Of a stretch of DNA of 64,000 nt, positions 19,280-29,435 are shown piece after piece. Where the stretch lies: contig JBHPHU010000003.1 of assembly GCA_042571405.1 (NCBI GenBank), forward strand, positions 3,838 through 67,837, in the 5' to 3' direction. Below the pieces are notes generated by a model. That model saw nothing but the letters and a program-made list of their open reading frames with translations. It ran no database searches and was not told the origin of the DNA. Position numbers and translations under genes: made by a program. The DNA is from Candidatus Omnitrophota bacterium. GTDB taxonomy: Bacteria > Omnitrophota > Gorgyraeia > Gorgyraeales > Gorgyraeaceae. The first letter of the stretch is position 1, and every line of letters begins with the position of its first letter.

Positions 19280-20406
19280 TGATAAAATCCAATCCTTTTA
19301 CGCCACAGTCAGGGTGGGAGCCGCGCATATTTGGCGGCAGAGAAGAGAACCTTTCTCTTTTTAAATCCAATCTGGGAGATGCGATTTCAGTCAGGCCAAA
19401 TCATTTAGTTGCGCTGGGAGAGTGGGGCATAGGCAAGACTTCTCTTCTTAAACAGTTCAGGAGGATTGCTCAAGAGCAGGGGCATCCATCATGTTTTTGT
19501 TCTCTCTCGAGATTTACAAAAAATGATAAACCTTTAAGCGCTATTCATCTTATTGCTGAAGAGATGCTTATGGGTTTTCCAAATTCCGGCGCAGATCCGG
19601 AAAAGCTCCTAGAAGGATTTTCCAAAAGAAAATCGCTTGCGCAAGCGCAGACGCACTTTACAAAATTTCTCCTGGAGCTCTGGAAGACGCTGGATGCAAA
19701 ACTGGCAGTGGTGATGCTGGATGATCTGCAGAATCTTTTGCCTATCTCGAATACGATCGATATTCTCAGGGCTGTCTTGAGTAAGGATGAAATTATTCGT
19801 AATACGCGATTCTTATTCGTACTTTCTTCTACGCCGGCCGGATGGTCGAGCTTTTTAGATAAGCACGATCCTATCGGCAGGTTTTTCAGAAAACGCATGA
19901 ATGTAGAGAATCTTGATAAAGAAGAAGTTTCAGGGCTCGTTAGTCAGACATTACAGGATACAGGCGTAGATTTTGATGAAGAGGTAAAGGGCAGGATATT
20001 TGATCATACAGACGGTCATCCTTACGAGGTGCAGCTTTTATCCAGCCACTTATATGACGGCCAGATAGCAGGAAAGGTTGATATCTGTACATGGGATAAC
20101 GCGCTTGGTAATACCTTGAAGGAGCTGGGAAGAGATTATTTTAATACATTGTTTGCCAGGGCAAGTGACAGGGAAAAGGATTTATTGAGGGTGCTCTCCG
20201 AAGAGAAAAAGCCGCTTTCCCTAAAGGATTTCAGGACAATGATGATAGTGGGTAGGCACGCGAAGAAATTCCCGGTCGCGAATATAAAGAATTTTCTTTA
20301 CAGATTAGAAGAAAAAGGTATTATAAGTAGAAACGAAAAAGGGAGTTTTAATATCCCTGATCGGATGTTCAGGGAATTTGTTTTAAGAAAGGAGAATGAG
20401 AAATGA
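19279..20406 (+). CDS. AAA ATPase with C-terminal winged helix
   Basis: NPFTP, GRE, Walker A GEWGIGKTS, Walker B MLDDLQ, TDGHPY. Confidence 0.8.
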   Translation: MIKSNPFTPQSGWEPRIFGGREENLSLFKSNLGDAISVRPNHLVALGEWGIGKTSLLKQFRRIAQEQGHPSCFCSLSRFTKNDKPLSAIHLIAEEMLMGFPNSGADPEKLLEGFSKRKSLAQAQTHFTKFLLELWKTLDAKLAVVMLDDLQNLLPISNTIDILRAVLSKDEIIRNTRFLFVLSSTPAGWSSFLDKHDPIGRFFRKRMNVENLDKEEVSGLVSQTLQDTGVDFDEEVKGRIFDHTDGHPYEVQLLSSHLYDGQIAGKVDICTWDNALGNTLKELGRDYFNTLFARASDREKDLLRVLSEEKKPLSLKDFRTMMIVGRHAKKFPVANIKNFLYRLEEKGIISRNEKGSFNIPDRMFREFVLRKENEK

Positions 20407-20594
20407 AGGTAAAGGTAGATGCAGAGTTGTGCGTTGGTTGTGGTTTATGCGTAAATACGTCTCCAGAGCTTTTTGAAATGAAAGAAGACAAAGCAATCCT
20501 AAAGACAGAGACAGACTTAGTTCCCGCAGGACAGGAAGAATCTTGCAAGCAGTCAAAAGACGAATGTCCTGTCGAGGCAATTATTATAGAATGA
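20403..20594 (+). CDS. Monocluster ferredoxin
   Basis: CVGCGLC...CPVEAI. Confidence 0.9.
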   Translation: MKVKVDAELCVGCGLCVNTSPELFEMKEDKAILKTETDLVPAGQEESCKQSKDECPVEAIIIE

Positions 20595-20596
20595 GG

Positions 20597-20681
20597 TAGT
20601 TCTCGACTCACTTCGTTCGCTCGAACAATATTACAATTTAATATTCTTCGAGCGATGCGCCGCAGGCGCAGAGTCGAGAAG
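20597..20681. repeat. REP-like element TAGTTCTCGAC...GTCGAGAAG, copy 1
   Basis: Modules TAGTTCTCGAC..GCTCGAACAATATT and AATATTCTTCGAGC..GTCGAGAAG, shared with 35609, 42232 and 45981. Confidence 0.75.
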
Positions 20682-20782
20682 ATACAACTAGTTTTTCTTA
20701 GATAAGATTCTTCGGAAGCAGAAGATGGCAAGGGACATGATGCTTATCCATGATATGGAGAGTATTAGCCAGCCAAAGATAT

Positions 20783-22342
20783 TCATATCTCAGCCTTCTT
20801 TTGCGCTCGTTTTTTCCACGCTATTCTAACCATAATACCGAGTGTCAAAAACATACCTATAAGCATGAGCCGTATGCCTAATACATACGGCTTATCCGCT
20901 TCGCTTATACCCTTCATCATTATTGTAGGAATGCCATGCTGGTAAAACCAGAATCCAAGTATACAGAATAAAAATAAAGGCGTTACGTATTTTATTATAA
21001 ATTTATAGATTTCCGGTATCTTAAGATCTGCGCCGTGATGTATTTCTTCCCATGCCTTTTCTATGCCAAACACCCAGCCAAATAAGATTGTTTCAACTGT
21101 AGCGAAAAGCACGAGACAGAATGTGCCGCCCCAGAAATCCAACTCATTTACAGCTCCATGCTTTAAGAAGAGTATAGCTGGCTGGCAGAGAATGAAAGAC
21201 ACTATTCCAAAGATGATGACAGCTTTTTTCTTTGAGATATTGAATTCATCTTCGAGAAATGCGATGCTGGGCTGCGCAAGAGACACGGAAGAAGTGATCC
21301 CTGCCAGGAATAAAAGCGTAAACCACAGGCATCCAAAAAACGCGCTAAGGGCAATCTTCTGAAATATTAAAGGCATTGTCACAAATCCGAGATTAAACGC
21401 GCCGCCAGCTGCTATAGCCTGTATCTTGTGCGGGCCAAAAAATATGTACGCGGCCGGTATTATAATGGATGAACCAAGTATGATCTCGGCAAATTCATTT
21501 GTGCTTGCAGCTGTCAGGCCTGAGAGCGCGACATCATCTGTTTTCTTAAGGTAACTCGCGTAGGTCAATATTACGCCTATGCCAACGCTGAGCGTAAAAA
21601 ATATTTGTCCGGCTGCTGCGAGCCATACCTTTGCATTTTTTAAAGAGTTAAAATCAGGATTCCATAAAAACCCAAGACCATTTACTACATTCCATTCGGG
21701 TCTTGATGGATCAGGAGTACCTAAAGTTAAAACTCTTACAGCAATTATTATGCCGAATATCAAAAGTGCGGGCATTGCGATCTTGCAGAGTTTTTCAATG
21801 CCTCCGGAAATGCCTTTATAAATAATCAGTATGTTTATGATAAAGGTGATAAGGAAGAATAGGTATGCAGACTGCATATTTGAGAAAAATTGGTTTTTCT
21901 CAATGCCCTGGAAGCCTTTGAGGAGCGACATCATGCTTTCCTGGTCAGCAAGTTGCCCGTATTTCCCAACCGCTGAAAATACAGCATAGGCAAGCGTCCA
22001 TGACGCAATGTAGTTATAGTAGATGAAGATGACAAGCGGCCCAAATATACCTATTACTCCGAAGTACTTAATAAAGCGATTTTTCTCCCACATGGTATGA
22101 AAGATACCAGGCGCAGTGCCATGGCCGAACCCTCCGCCAAACCTCCCAATAGTCCATTCTATCCACATAAGGGGAATGCCGAGCAGGAGGAGCGAGATAA
22201 AATACGGTATCATAAACGCGCCGCCGCCATTCTGCGCCGCCTGCACAGGAAACCGCAAAAAGTTCCCCAGCCCCACAGCGCTCCCGGCAACAGCCATGAT
22301 AATACCAATCCTGGATTTCCAACTATCTCGCTTCTTTCTCAT
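20783..22342 (-). CDS. Sodium-dependent transporter (SNF/NSS family)
   Basis: [37 protein letters not shown]. Confidence 0.93.
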   Translation of the reverse strand: MRKKRDSWKSRIGIIMAVAGSAVGLGNFLRFPVQAAQNGGGAFMIPYFISLLLLGIPLMWIEWTIGRFGGGFGHGTAPGIFHTMWEKNRFIKYFGVIGIFGPLVIFIYYNYIASWTLAYAVFSAVGKYGQLADQESMMSLLKGFQGIEKNQFFSNMQSAYLFFLITFIINILIIYKGISGGIEKLCKIAMPALLIFGIIIAVRVLTLGTPDPSRPEWNVVNGLGFLWNPDFNSLKNAKVWLAAAGQIFFTLSVGIGVILTYASYLKKTDDVALSGLTAASTNEFAEIILGSSIIIPAAYIFFGPHKIQAIAAGGAFNLGFVTMPLIFQKIALSAFFGCLWFTLLFLAGITSSVSLAQPSIAFLEDEFNISKKKAVIIFGIVSFILCQPAILFLKHGAVNELDFWGGTFCLVLFATVETILFGWVFGIEKAWEEIHHGADLKIPEIYKFIIKYVTPLFLFCILGFWFYQHGIPTIMMKGISEADKPYVLGIRLMLIGMFLTLGIMVRIAWKKRAQKKAEI

Positions 22343-22485
22343 ATAGAGAAAATTATACTCAATATATATAGATATGTCAAATTAAGAGCAGGATGTTTAA
22401 TAACAATTTAACAATAATTAGAGCTTGAATAGATATGTTTTTGTGATAAACTGTTGTTAATGATTGTAAAACAAAGAGGATTAAT

Positions 22486-22779
22486 ATGAAGAAAATCGAA
22501 CAGCTTAGAAGAAAATTAACACGATATAAATCTGAATTACAACATGATTTCCGGGTAAAAGAGATTGGTATATTTGGTTCATATCTAAGAGGAGAAGAGA
22601 GAAAGAATAGCGATTTAGATATTCTTGTGGAATTTGAAGAATCCCCTAGTTTATTTAAATTTATACAGCTTGAGCATTATCTGGAGGGACTTCTAAAGGT
22701 TAAGGTTGATTTAGTAATGAGAGATGCCTTGAAACCTGTTATAGGTGAACGTATAATGCACGAGGTTATTTATTCATGA
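22486..22779 (+). CDS. MNT family minimal nucleotidyltransferase antitoxin
   Basis: FGSYLRGE, SDLDILVEF, KVDLV. Confidence 0.9.
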   Translation: MKKIEQLRRKLTRYKSELQHDFRVKEIGIFGSYLRGEERKNSDLDILVEFEESPSLFKFIQLEHYLEGLLKVKVDLVMRDALKPVIGERIMHEVIYS

Positions 22780-23117
22780 CAAGGGAATATAAAGATTATC
22801 TGATGGATATAATTGGGGCCATTGAGAGAATAGAAGAATTTACTCATGGTATAACAGCTAAAGGTTTTGAGAAAGATGAAAAGACAATATTTGCTGTGAT
22901 AAGAGCGTTGGAAGTTATTGGAGAAGCAGCAAAAAAGATTCCTTTACCCGTGAGAAAAAAATATTCGCAAATCCCGTGGTTAGAAATCACAGGAATGCGC
23001 AATAAGCTTATTCATGAGTATTTTGGCGTGAATGTTAAAGTTATCTGGAATACCGTCAAAGAAGATATTCCATCCATAAAACCCCTCATAAAACAGATTG
23101 CAGAAGATATTCAGTAA
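22776..23117 (+). CDS. HEPN (DUF86) RNase toxin
   Basis: LEVIGEAAK, RNKLIHEY (Rx4H); overlaps the MNT stop. Confidence 0.9.
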   Translation: MTREYKDYLMDIIGAIERIEEFTHGITAKGFEKDEKTIFAVIRALEVIGEAAKKIPLPVRKKYSQIPWLEITGMRNKLIHEYFGVNVKVIWNTVKEDIPSIKPLIKQIAEDIQ

Positions 23118-23157
23118 GTCCAAAGCGAATCAGTGATTTTGACTCGGCAGAGGAAAT

Positions 23158-23330
23158 GGTATCATAAACGCGCCGCCGCCATTCTGCGCCGCCTGCACAG
23201 GAAACCGCAAAAAGTTCCCCAGCCCCACAGCGCTCCCGGCAACAGCCATGATAATACCAATCCTGGATTTCCACGCATCCCGCTTTTTTCTCATATAGAA
23301 AAGTATACTTGGTGGGATTTTATGTGTCAA
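23158..23330 (-). pseudogene. Duplicated promoter and 5' end of the SNF transporter gene
   Basis: 23158-23273 identical to 22206-22321; similarity continues through the start codon and -10/-35 boxes. Confidence 0.9.
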
Positions 23331-23413
23331 GGAAAAGACAAAGACACCTTCCCGAACAAATCCAAGACAGCTTCTCGAACGACTTGGTAGACGTCTCCAT
23401 TGTCCAAAGGGGA

Positions 23414-24364
23414 TTATATTTTTGTTTGTAGTTTTATTGTTTGTAGTTTTTGTTCGGCTCTGTTGTAACGCATTAACTGTGGAGTTTTTATTTGATCGGT
23501 ATTTATAACGTAGTCAAACTTTCCTTCAGCAATATCTTTATTATAATAGTCATATATCCCAGATAAGGTTGATATTGTTGCGTATAACCATCTTTCCAGA
23601 GCTGATCCCCCTTCTTTTTCTAATCTATTTTTAATACGCTGTTTAATTAATAAAGATTTACATAACACACAAATAGATTTTCCTTTTATTTTCTTAGACA
23701 TTCCACCAAATAGTTTTCGGGCAATAGGCCCTTCGATAATAATAAGAGTTTTTTTCGTTAACTCGAAGACTACTGTTTTAAGAACAGTCTTGTTAAAAGC
23801 TGTATGAAAGGCAGGGTCTTTAAGCTCCATTTCTTTTGTAAAAGTTTCATCCGGGCTTTTTTCCAATAAATCTAATGATGCAGCAAGCCATTTTTTAAAC
23901 GCAGTTACTTTTTTTAAGTCAAAGAAGAGCTTAAAAGCAGCATCGTTTCTACCTGGCCATGCTCCTCTGATCATATCAAATAGATATACCAGAAGCTGTG
24001 AAGGTTTAGGAGACGAGGTGTTGACAAAAAGATCAGAAGAAACATATAAAATATGGTAGTCTTGGCTGGCAAATTCTTGAATTTTTTCAGCCAAAGTGCT
24101 CTTGCCGCCACTAGAGACCCCATCTATAATAACCATTGAAACGAGTTTGTCATTTTCAGGAGCTACATTCTTTGTAATTTCTTCGACAATGGTGTTATTG
24201 TAACCTGGCAGTGTTTTTGTAGTTTTATCAGGGCGGTTTGTGAATCTAACAGGAACCCTAAGCCTGCTATTCGAAGCACTACAATATGTCCTAGCATCAC
24301 TAATAAGTAATGCAAATATCAGCAATAAAATCGTGTTAAAAAATATTTTTTTAATTCTCTTCAT
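23414..24364 (-). CDS. Signal peptide + LRVP protein with P-loop (nucleoside/uridine-kinase-like) domain
   Basis: Hydrophobic N-terminus, LRVP at aa 35-38, [17 protein letters not shown]. Confidence 0.7.
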   Translation of the reverse strand: MKRIKKIFFNTILLLIFALLISDARTYCSASNSRLRVPVRFTNRPDKTTKTLPGYNNTIVEEITKNVAPENDKLVSMVIIDGVSSGGKSTLAEKIQEFASQDYHILYVSSDLFVNTSSPKPSQLLVYLFDMIRGAWPGRNDAAFKLFFDLKKVTAFKKWLAASLDLLEKSPDETFTKEMELKDPAFHTAFNKTVLKTVVFELTKKTLIIIEGPIARKLFGGMSKKIKGKSICVLCKSLLIKQRIKNRLEKEGGSALERWLYATISTLSGIYDYYNKDIAEGKFDYVINTDQIKTPQLMRYNRAEQKLQTIKLQTKI

Positions 24365-24377
24365 AAATGTTCTTCTT

Positions 24378-24971
24378 TTATATTGCTTTGCGCATTGCGC
24401 TTGAATTGATATCTTGATTGTTTTTGTCTTTTTTCCTATCTATTAGCACAAAAGTAATAGGTGAAAGGCTGTTTTTCGTGCGTATGTTATTTAGGATGCC
24501 GTGGATATTAGCGTACTCAGAAGATGTAACAACTATTAAGTCATGTTCTATCAGTAAGTTATCTTGAGCAAACTCTTTTTTAAATTTTTCGATATCCAAT
24601 GTTTTTCTGATCTTATAAGGCGCAGTAAAACCTTTTTCTTTGATATATGTTTTGATTTGTTTGATGCGTTTTTTTAATTTTTGGATTTTATGGTCCTTGC
24701 GATTATTTGCAAGAGTATCTCCTGTAACGTAAATCAGCACCAATTTACCAGGAATTTTAAAGATAGCATCTATATAGGTTTTATGCCCATCGTGAAATAG
24801 GTCAAATGTGCCACCTCCTATTATAATACTTTCCTGTTTAGCTTTCGATAAAAGGGGAACTCTTAACCCAAATTTATTCGCAGGTTCGGCACAGATTAAA
24901 TTTCCCGAAAAAAATAATCCTATGATACACAATATGATTTTAGAATTATAATATTTTTTTAAATAAAGCAT
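24378..24971 (-). CDS. Signal peptide + LRVP protein with HxGH nucleotidyltransferase domain
   Basis: LRVP at aa 36-39, GGTFDLFHDGH, C-terminal INSSAMR. Confidence 0.75.
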   Translation of the reverse strand: MLYLKKYYNSKIILCIIGLFFSGNLICAEPANKFGLRVPLLSKAKQESIIIGGGTFDLFHDGHKTYIDAIFKIPGKLVLIYVTGDTLANNRKDHKIQKLKKRIKQIKTYIKEKGFTAPYKIRKTLDIEKFKKEFAQDNLLIEHDLIVVTSSEYANIHGILNNIRTKNSLSPITFVLIDRKKDKNNQDINSSAMRKAI

Positions 24972-25379
24972 AATCCTCGATAAAAAACTTCTTTCTAATT
25001 AAAATCTGGAATAGCCTGTTTATATTATTTAAAATATAATTATACCATAAAATACAGGATTGTAAATGAGAAAAATAAAATCTTTTAAAAAAGATTTACA
25101 ACTAAGTTATTTTTAGCAAAGTAACACTTTTGACACTGTCAAAGCGGAAGTAGTATCGGATAAGTTTTTAAAGATATTCTGCAACCTATGGCTTGAGAAG
25201 GAATTTACGATACAAAGCGGAGCAGACAGCTATCAGAGGAACGACACAAGTGTGAGCGGGAGGATCCACGCCGGGTCCCGTACCTACAGTTATGGGGCGG
25301 AGGGGCCTGCGAACAGAATACCCCTAGCTGCACTTCCACTGCTTGACATATATTGTAGATAGGTTAGAATACTATATAT

Positions 25380-28300
25380 ATGTCAGAGTTTGATAAATTC
25401 TATAAAGAACTCAATAAGGAGCAGAAGCTGGCTGTGGATACAGTGGATGGGCCTGTGTTGGTTTTGGCTGGACCCGGGACTGGGAAGACTCAGTTGCTTT
25501 CTGTTCGCGCCGCAAATATCATCCACAAGAAAAAGGCCCTGCCTGAGAATATCTTGATCCTTACCTATACTAATGCTGCTACAAAAACTATGAAGGAGAG
25601 GCTTTCAAAGATCATTGGTTTTAAAGGCTATGACGTGCATGTTTCTACCTTCCACAGTTTCGCGAATTCCATAATACTTGACTCAGAAGAGGCTAGTAAT
25701 TATATTCAGGAAAGGATTCAGATTACAGATATCGAGAATCTGAAGGCCATAGAACATGTACTGGATCACTCTAAGGATGTCGCTGATATCAGGCCTTTTC
25801 GCGCGCCATATACATACCTCAGGGAGATACAAAAAAGAATAAGCGAGCTTAAAAGAGAAGGCATAAGCCCGAGAGAATTTTCTGAATATGTTAAAGACAT
25901 AAAACCTGACAATGTATATGTTGAGCAAAAACATATCCCGCGCATAAAGGCGCTGGCAATTGTGTATGAACAATACGAGAAACTCAAAGAAGGAAAGAAC
26001 AAAGACATATTTGACGAGCGCGGAAGATATGACTATGACGACATGATCATGATCGCGATGGACGCGATAAACAAAGAAAAACTTCTTAAGGAGAAATATC
26101 AAGGCCTCTATAAATACATAATGGTAGACGAGTTTCAGGATACAAATGGCGCCCAACTTAAATTCTTATTTTCTCTCATAGCCGGCGCCCATTCCAATCT
26201 TTGCTGCGTTGGTGACGATGACCAGTCTATTTACCGTTTTCAGGGCGCGAGCATAGCCAACTTTAAAGAACTAAAGAAAAGATTTAAGGACTTGAAGACG
26301 ATCTCTCTTAAAGATAATTATCGCTCAACAAAAGAGATCATAGACCTTTCGCGAAACCTCATAAAAGAACTTCCTCAAAACGAGCGCACAGGAGAAAAAA
26401 CCCTTTTGCCAAAAGTAGATTTTAAGAAAAAATCAATAGAATACAGGGAATTTACAGCCAATGAAGAAGAGCTCTATTTTATTGTCGAGCGGATAAAAAA
26501 TTTATGCGCCAAAGAAAAAGGGCTCGCTTATGGCGACATTGCGATATTGGTAAGAAAAAGAAGCCTGATCCCAAGGATAATAGACGCGTTGCTTTGTTCA
26601 GGCATCCCTTATGCTACTGACGGGAAAGAAGACATGCGTTCTGAGACGCGCGTGAGGCAGATGCTGGACATCCTGGAGCTCGCGAGCATTGAACCTCAGG
26701 ATTTTGGAGAAAGAGACAGGATTTTATATAAGATCCTTATAGCTGATTATTTCGAGATTCCTCACAAGGATATCCTGAATTTTATAAATAAGGTCAATGA
26801 AAAAAAGAGAAACAGAGAAAACGCCACTCTCTTGTCAGAGTTTTTTAAAGACAGATGTTTTAAACATGCGGTTGCCGTAATAGAGAAATTTTTAAAAGAC
26901 AGTCTTTCTAAGCCTGTGCATGCGGCGCTCATGGAATACATCAGGGATGCCGGGATTTACAAATATATCCTTAAAACCTATGACAAGGATGAAATTCTAA
27001 AGATCAGACAGGTACGTGGTCTTGCCTCGTTCGTAAACATGGTAAAGGAATATGACCTTTCAAATCCCGGCATAGATCTGAAAAGATTCGTAGAGGAGAT
27101 CAAGACGCGCAACGAGCATAATCTCGCTATTCAGGGTGAGCTTGTCACAATGACGCAGAATGGCGTGAGGATCTTTACGGCGCATGCCTCAAAGGGCCAG
27201 GAATTCCACAGCGTGATCATTCCTTTTTGTCTGCAGGATGCCAGCTGGCCCATAAAACCAATGCCTGATAAAATCCCTCTTGGACCTGAGATACTGGGAG
27301 GCATTGAAAAGGTAGACAGTAAAGAAAGAATAAAAAAGTTAAAGTATTATGACGAGACAAGACTTTTTTATGTGGCCGTCAGCAGGGCAAAGAGCAATGT
27401 GCTTTTTACATGCAGTCCTCAGGATAACAAAATTTCCAGTTCATTTATCCATACATTAGGCCTTGAGCCTAAAGAAAATTCTTTTAAAGAAGAGGATGTG
27501 CTGGGCGGGTCTCTCACAATGCTGGATTTTAAAGATCCTTTTATAGGGACTGAAGAGATTCTCAGAGATATGGTTAGAGACATGACTTTAAATCCCACAA
27601 GCATAAATAATTATTTATACTGCAGGAGAAAATTTCTCTACGATAATGTCCTGATGCTTCCAGGCGCGAAAAAACAGAGCCTGATTTTCGGCAACGCGGT
27701 GCATGAAGGCCTTGAACATGTGTACAGACATTTTATGAAGACAGATAAATTTCCAAATTTTCAATTTTTCAAAGATAGATTTTTTGACGCGTTAAAATAT
27801 CAGGGCCCTGAAAAGGCAATAGAGCTTCGCTGCAAGGAACAGTTCGAAGGATTAAGTAAATTCTTTAGCAGGATCTCTGCGAATCCTGTCAAGCCTATCG
27901 GTTTGGAGAATCGCATGCCAATAAATATTGACGGCATTATCATTACCGGAAAATACGATAGATTAGATATAGAAGACAATGATAAAAGATCACTTCGCGT
28001 AGTAGATTATAAAACAGGCCAGCCAAGGAATCATGCAAGGGGCATCTTCCAGTGCAGGAGCCTGGAGGACGAATCCTGTGACGGTTATCTTCGTCAGCTC
28101 GCGTGCTATAAACTTTTATACGAAAAGGATAAGACGCGGAAGGATAACAATATGTTTGTAAGTCATGGCACGGTGATATTCGTAGAGCCCGCCAAAGAGG
28201 ATGTGCGCAGTTATGGAATAAAAAAGGGCGAGCCAACTGAATTCAAGGTTGAACTCAGAGAAGAAATGGTAGATGAGATGGTGGGCATAATAAAGAGTGT

Positions 28301-28397
28301 GTGGGCGAGCGTACAGGATCTGCATTTTGAAAAATTACAGGAACGCGACAAGAAAAAATGTAACTGGTGTGACTTTGACCATATCTGTTGGAAATAA
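25380..28397 (+). CDS. UvrD/Rep helicase fused to a PD-(D/E)XK nuclease
   Basis: AGPGTGKT, VDEFQD, VGDDDQSIYRFQGA, HASKGQEF, RLFYVAVSRA; nuclease GKYDR..VVDYKTG, Cys 1+3. Confidence 0.9.
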   Translation: MSEFDKFYKELNKEQKLAVDTVDGPVLVLAGPGTGKTQLLSVRAANIIHKKKALPENILILTYTNAATKTMKERLSKIIGFKGYDVHVSTFHSFANSIILDSEEASNYIQERIQITDIENLKAIEHVLDHSKDVADIRPFRAPYTYLREIQKRISELKREGISPREFSEYVKDIKPDNVYVEQKHIPRIKALAIVYEQYEKLKEGKNKDIFDERGRYDYDDMIMIAMDAINKEKLLKEKYQGLYKYIMVDEFQDTNGAQLKFLFSLIAGAHSNLCCVGDDDQSIYRFQGASIANFKELKKRFKDLKTISLKDNYRSTKEIIDLSRNLIKELPQNERTGEKTLLPKVDFKKKSIEYREFTANEEELYFIVERIKNLCAKEKGLAYGDIAILVRKRSLIPRIIDALLCSGIPYATDGKEDMRSETRVRQMLDILELASIEPQDFGERDRILYKILIADYFEIPHKDILNFINKVNEKKRNRENATLLSEFFKDRCFKHAVAVIEKFLKDSLSKPVHAALMEYIRDAGIYKYILKTYDKDEILKIRQVRGLASFVNMVKEYDLSNPGIDLKRFVEEIKTRNEHNLAIQGELVTMTQNGVRIFTAHASKGQEFHSVIIPFCLQDASWPIKPMPDKIPLGPEILGGIEKVDSKERIKKLKYYDETRLFYVAVSRAKSNVLFTCSPQDNKISSSFIHTLGLEPKENSFKEEDVLGGSLTMLDFKDPFIGTEEILRDMVRDMTLNPTSINNYLYCRRKFLYDNVLMLPGAKKQSLIFGNAVHEGLEHVYRHFMKTDKFPNFQFFKDRFFDALKYQGPEKAIELRCKEQFEGLSKFFSRISANPVKPIGLENRMPINIDGIIITGKYDRLDIEDNDKRSLRVVDYKTGQPRNHARGIFQCRSLEDESCDGYLRQLACYKLLYEKDKTRKDNNMFVSHGTVIFVEPAKEDVRSYGIKKGEPTEFKVELREEMVDEMVGIIKSVWASVQDLHFEKLQERDKKKCNWCDFDHICWK

Positions 28398-28407
28398 GGG
28401 GGAGACT

Positions 28408-28986
28408 ATGAGGAGATTTATTATTATTTTTATAGCGGCAGTTTTAATCTCGGGTTGCAATATTATTCCCAAATCAATGCAGTACCAGAAAGAGGAGGAA
28501 AAGACCATTGGGAGTGTGGATGTGGTCAATCCTCTTGTAGAAGAAGCGCAAATAGTGCTCGATACTCTTGGATATGACACCGGGACTATGGATGGCAGGA
28601 TAGGCAAGAAAACTCGGCAGGCCATAAAGGAATTTCAGGAATCCATAGGGCTCAGGAGTACAGGTTACATTGATAAGCGTACCTGGAGGGCAGTAGAGGA
28701 CATAATGAGAGAGAATGAGAATCGTGACATGAAAAAGGATTATAATATAGAAGTGAGGAGCCCGTATTTACAAGAGATCTATGATCCTGAGAGTAAGCTG
28801 GGAGTTACGATGAAACAAATACAGGCTGCATTGCAGAACGCGGGATTTGACCCCGGCGCTATAGACGGAAAAGCAGGACCAAGAACACAGCAGGCAATAA
28901 AAGAGTTCCAGCGCACCAAGGGTCTAAAGATAGACGGCAAAGTAGGCCCGCAGACATGGACGGAGCTTGGGAAATATCTTAAGTAA
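28408..28986 (+). CDS. Lipoprotein with two peptidoglycan-binding domains
   Basis: Lipobox LISGC; two DG..G..T..AIKEFQ...GL..G repeats; start ATG 28408. Confidence 0.85.
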   Translation: MRRFIIIFIAAVLISGCNIIPKSMQYQKEEEKTIGSVDVVNPLVEEAQIVLDTLGYDTGTMDGRIGKKTRQAIKEFQESIGLRSTGYIDKRTWRAVEDIMRENENRDMKKDYNIEVRSPYLQEIYDPESKLGVTMKQIQAALQNAGFDPGAIDGKAGPRTQQAIKEFQRTKGLKIDGKVGPQTWTELGKYLK

Positions 28987-29100
28987 GCTATCAGTTTTCA
29001 GCCTTCAGCAGCTGACAGCTGAAAGCCAAGCTAATATATGATATTGACAAGTATAACCCTTCGTGGTATAAAATTATAAGTTGGAAGGAGAAAGGATGTA

Positions 29101-29313
29101 ATGGGTAAATACGTAACGCTGCTTGGTGGTATAATAAGCATTCTTATTGGAATATGGGGCATAGGAACCTGGTGGTGGAGTTTTGTAGATCTTTTAAAGG
29201 GATGCATGCCTATTGTGCTTGTATTGGGCGGACTTGCAGCACTTTTTGCTGGTATAAGTGAGATGAAAGATGTTGGTCAGGCAAAGAAAGAAGACTCAAG
29301 AGATAAAAAATAA
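29101..29313 (+). CDS. Small two-TM membrane protein
   Basis: TTGACA/TATAAA promoter and SD upstream; two hydrophobic helices. Confidence 0.7.
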   Translation: MGKYVTLLGGIISILIGIWGIGTWWWSFVDLLKGCMPIVLVLGGLAALFAGISEMKDVGQAKKEDSRDKK

Positions 29314-29339
29314 AAAAATCAAATATACGCTAATAACAA

Positions 29340-29376
29340 ATAGACCCGCAAAACACAGGGTCTATCTTTGTTTTTG
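29340..29376 (+). terminator. Probable intrinsic terminator
   Basis: ATAGACCC...GGGTCTAT stem followed by a T-rich tract. Confidence 0.5.
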
Positions 29377-29435
29377 TATGGAATTTGAAAAATTCCATAC
29401 AACTGGGTAGGCGGGGTAACTTTGGGGGTAATTTT

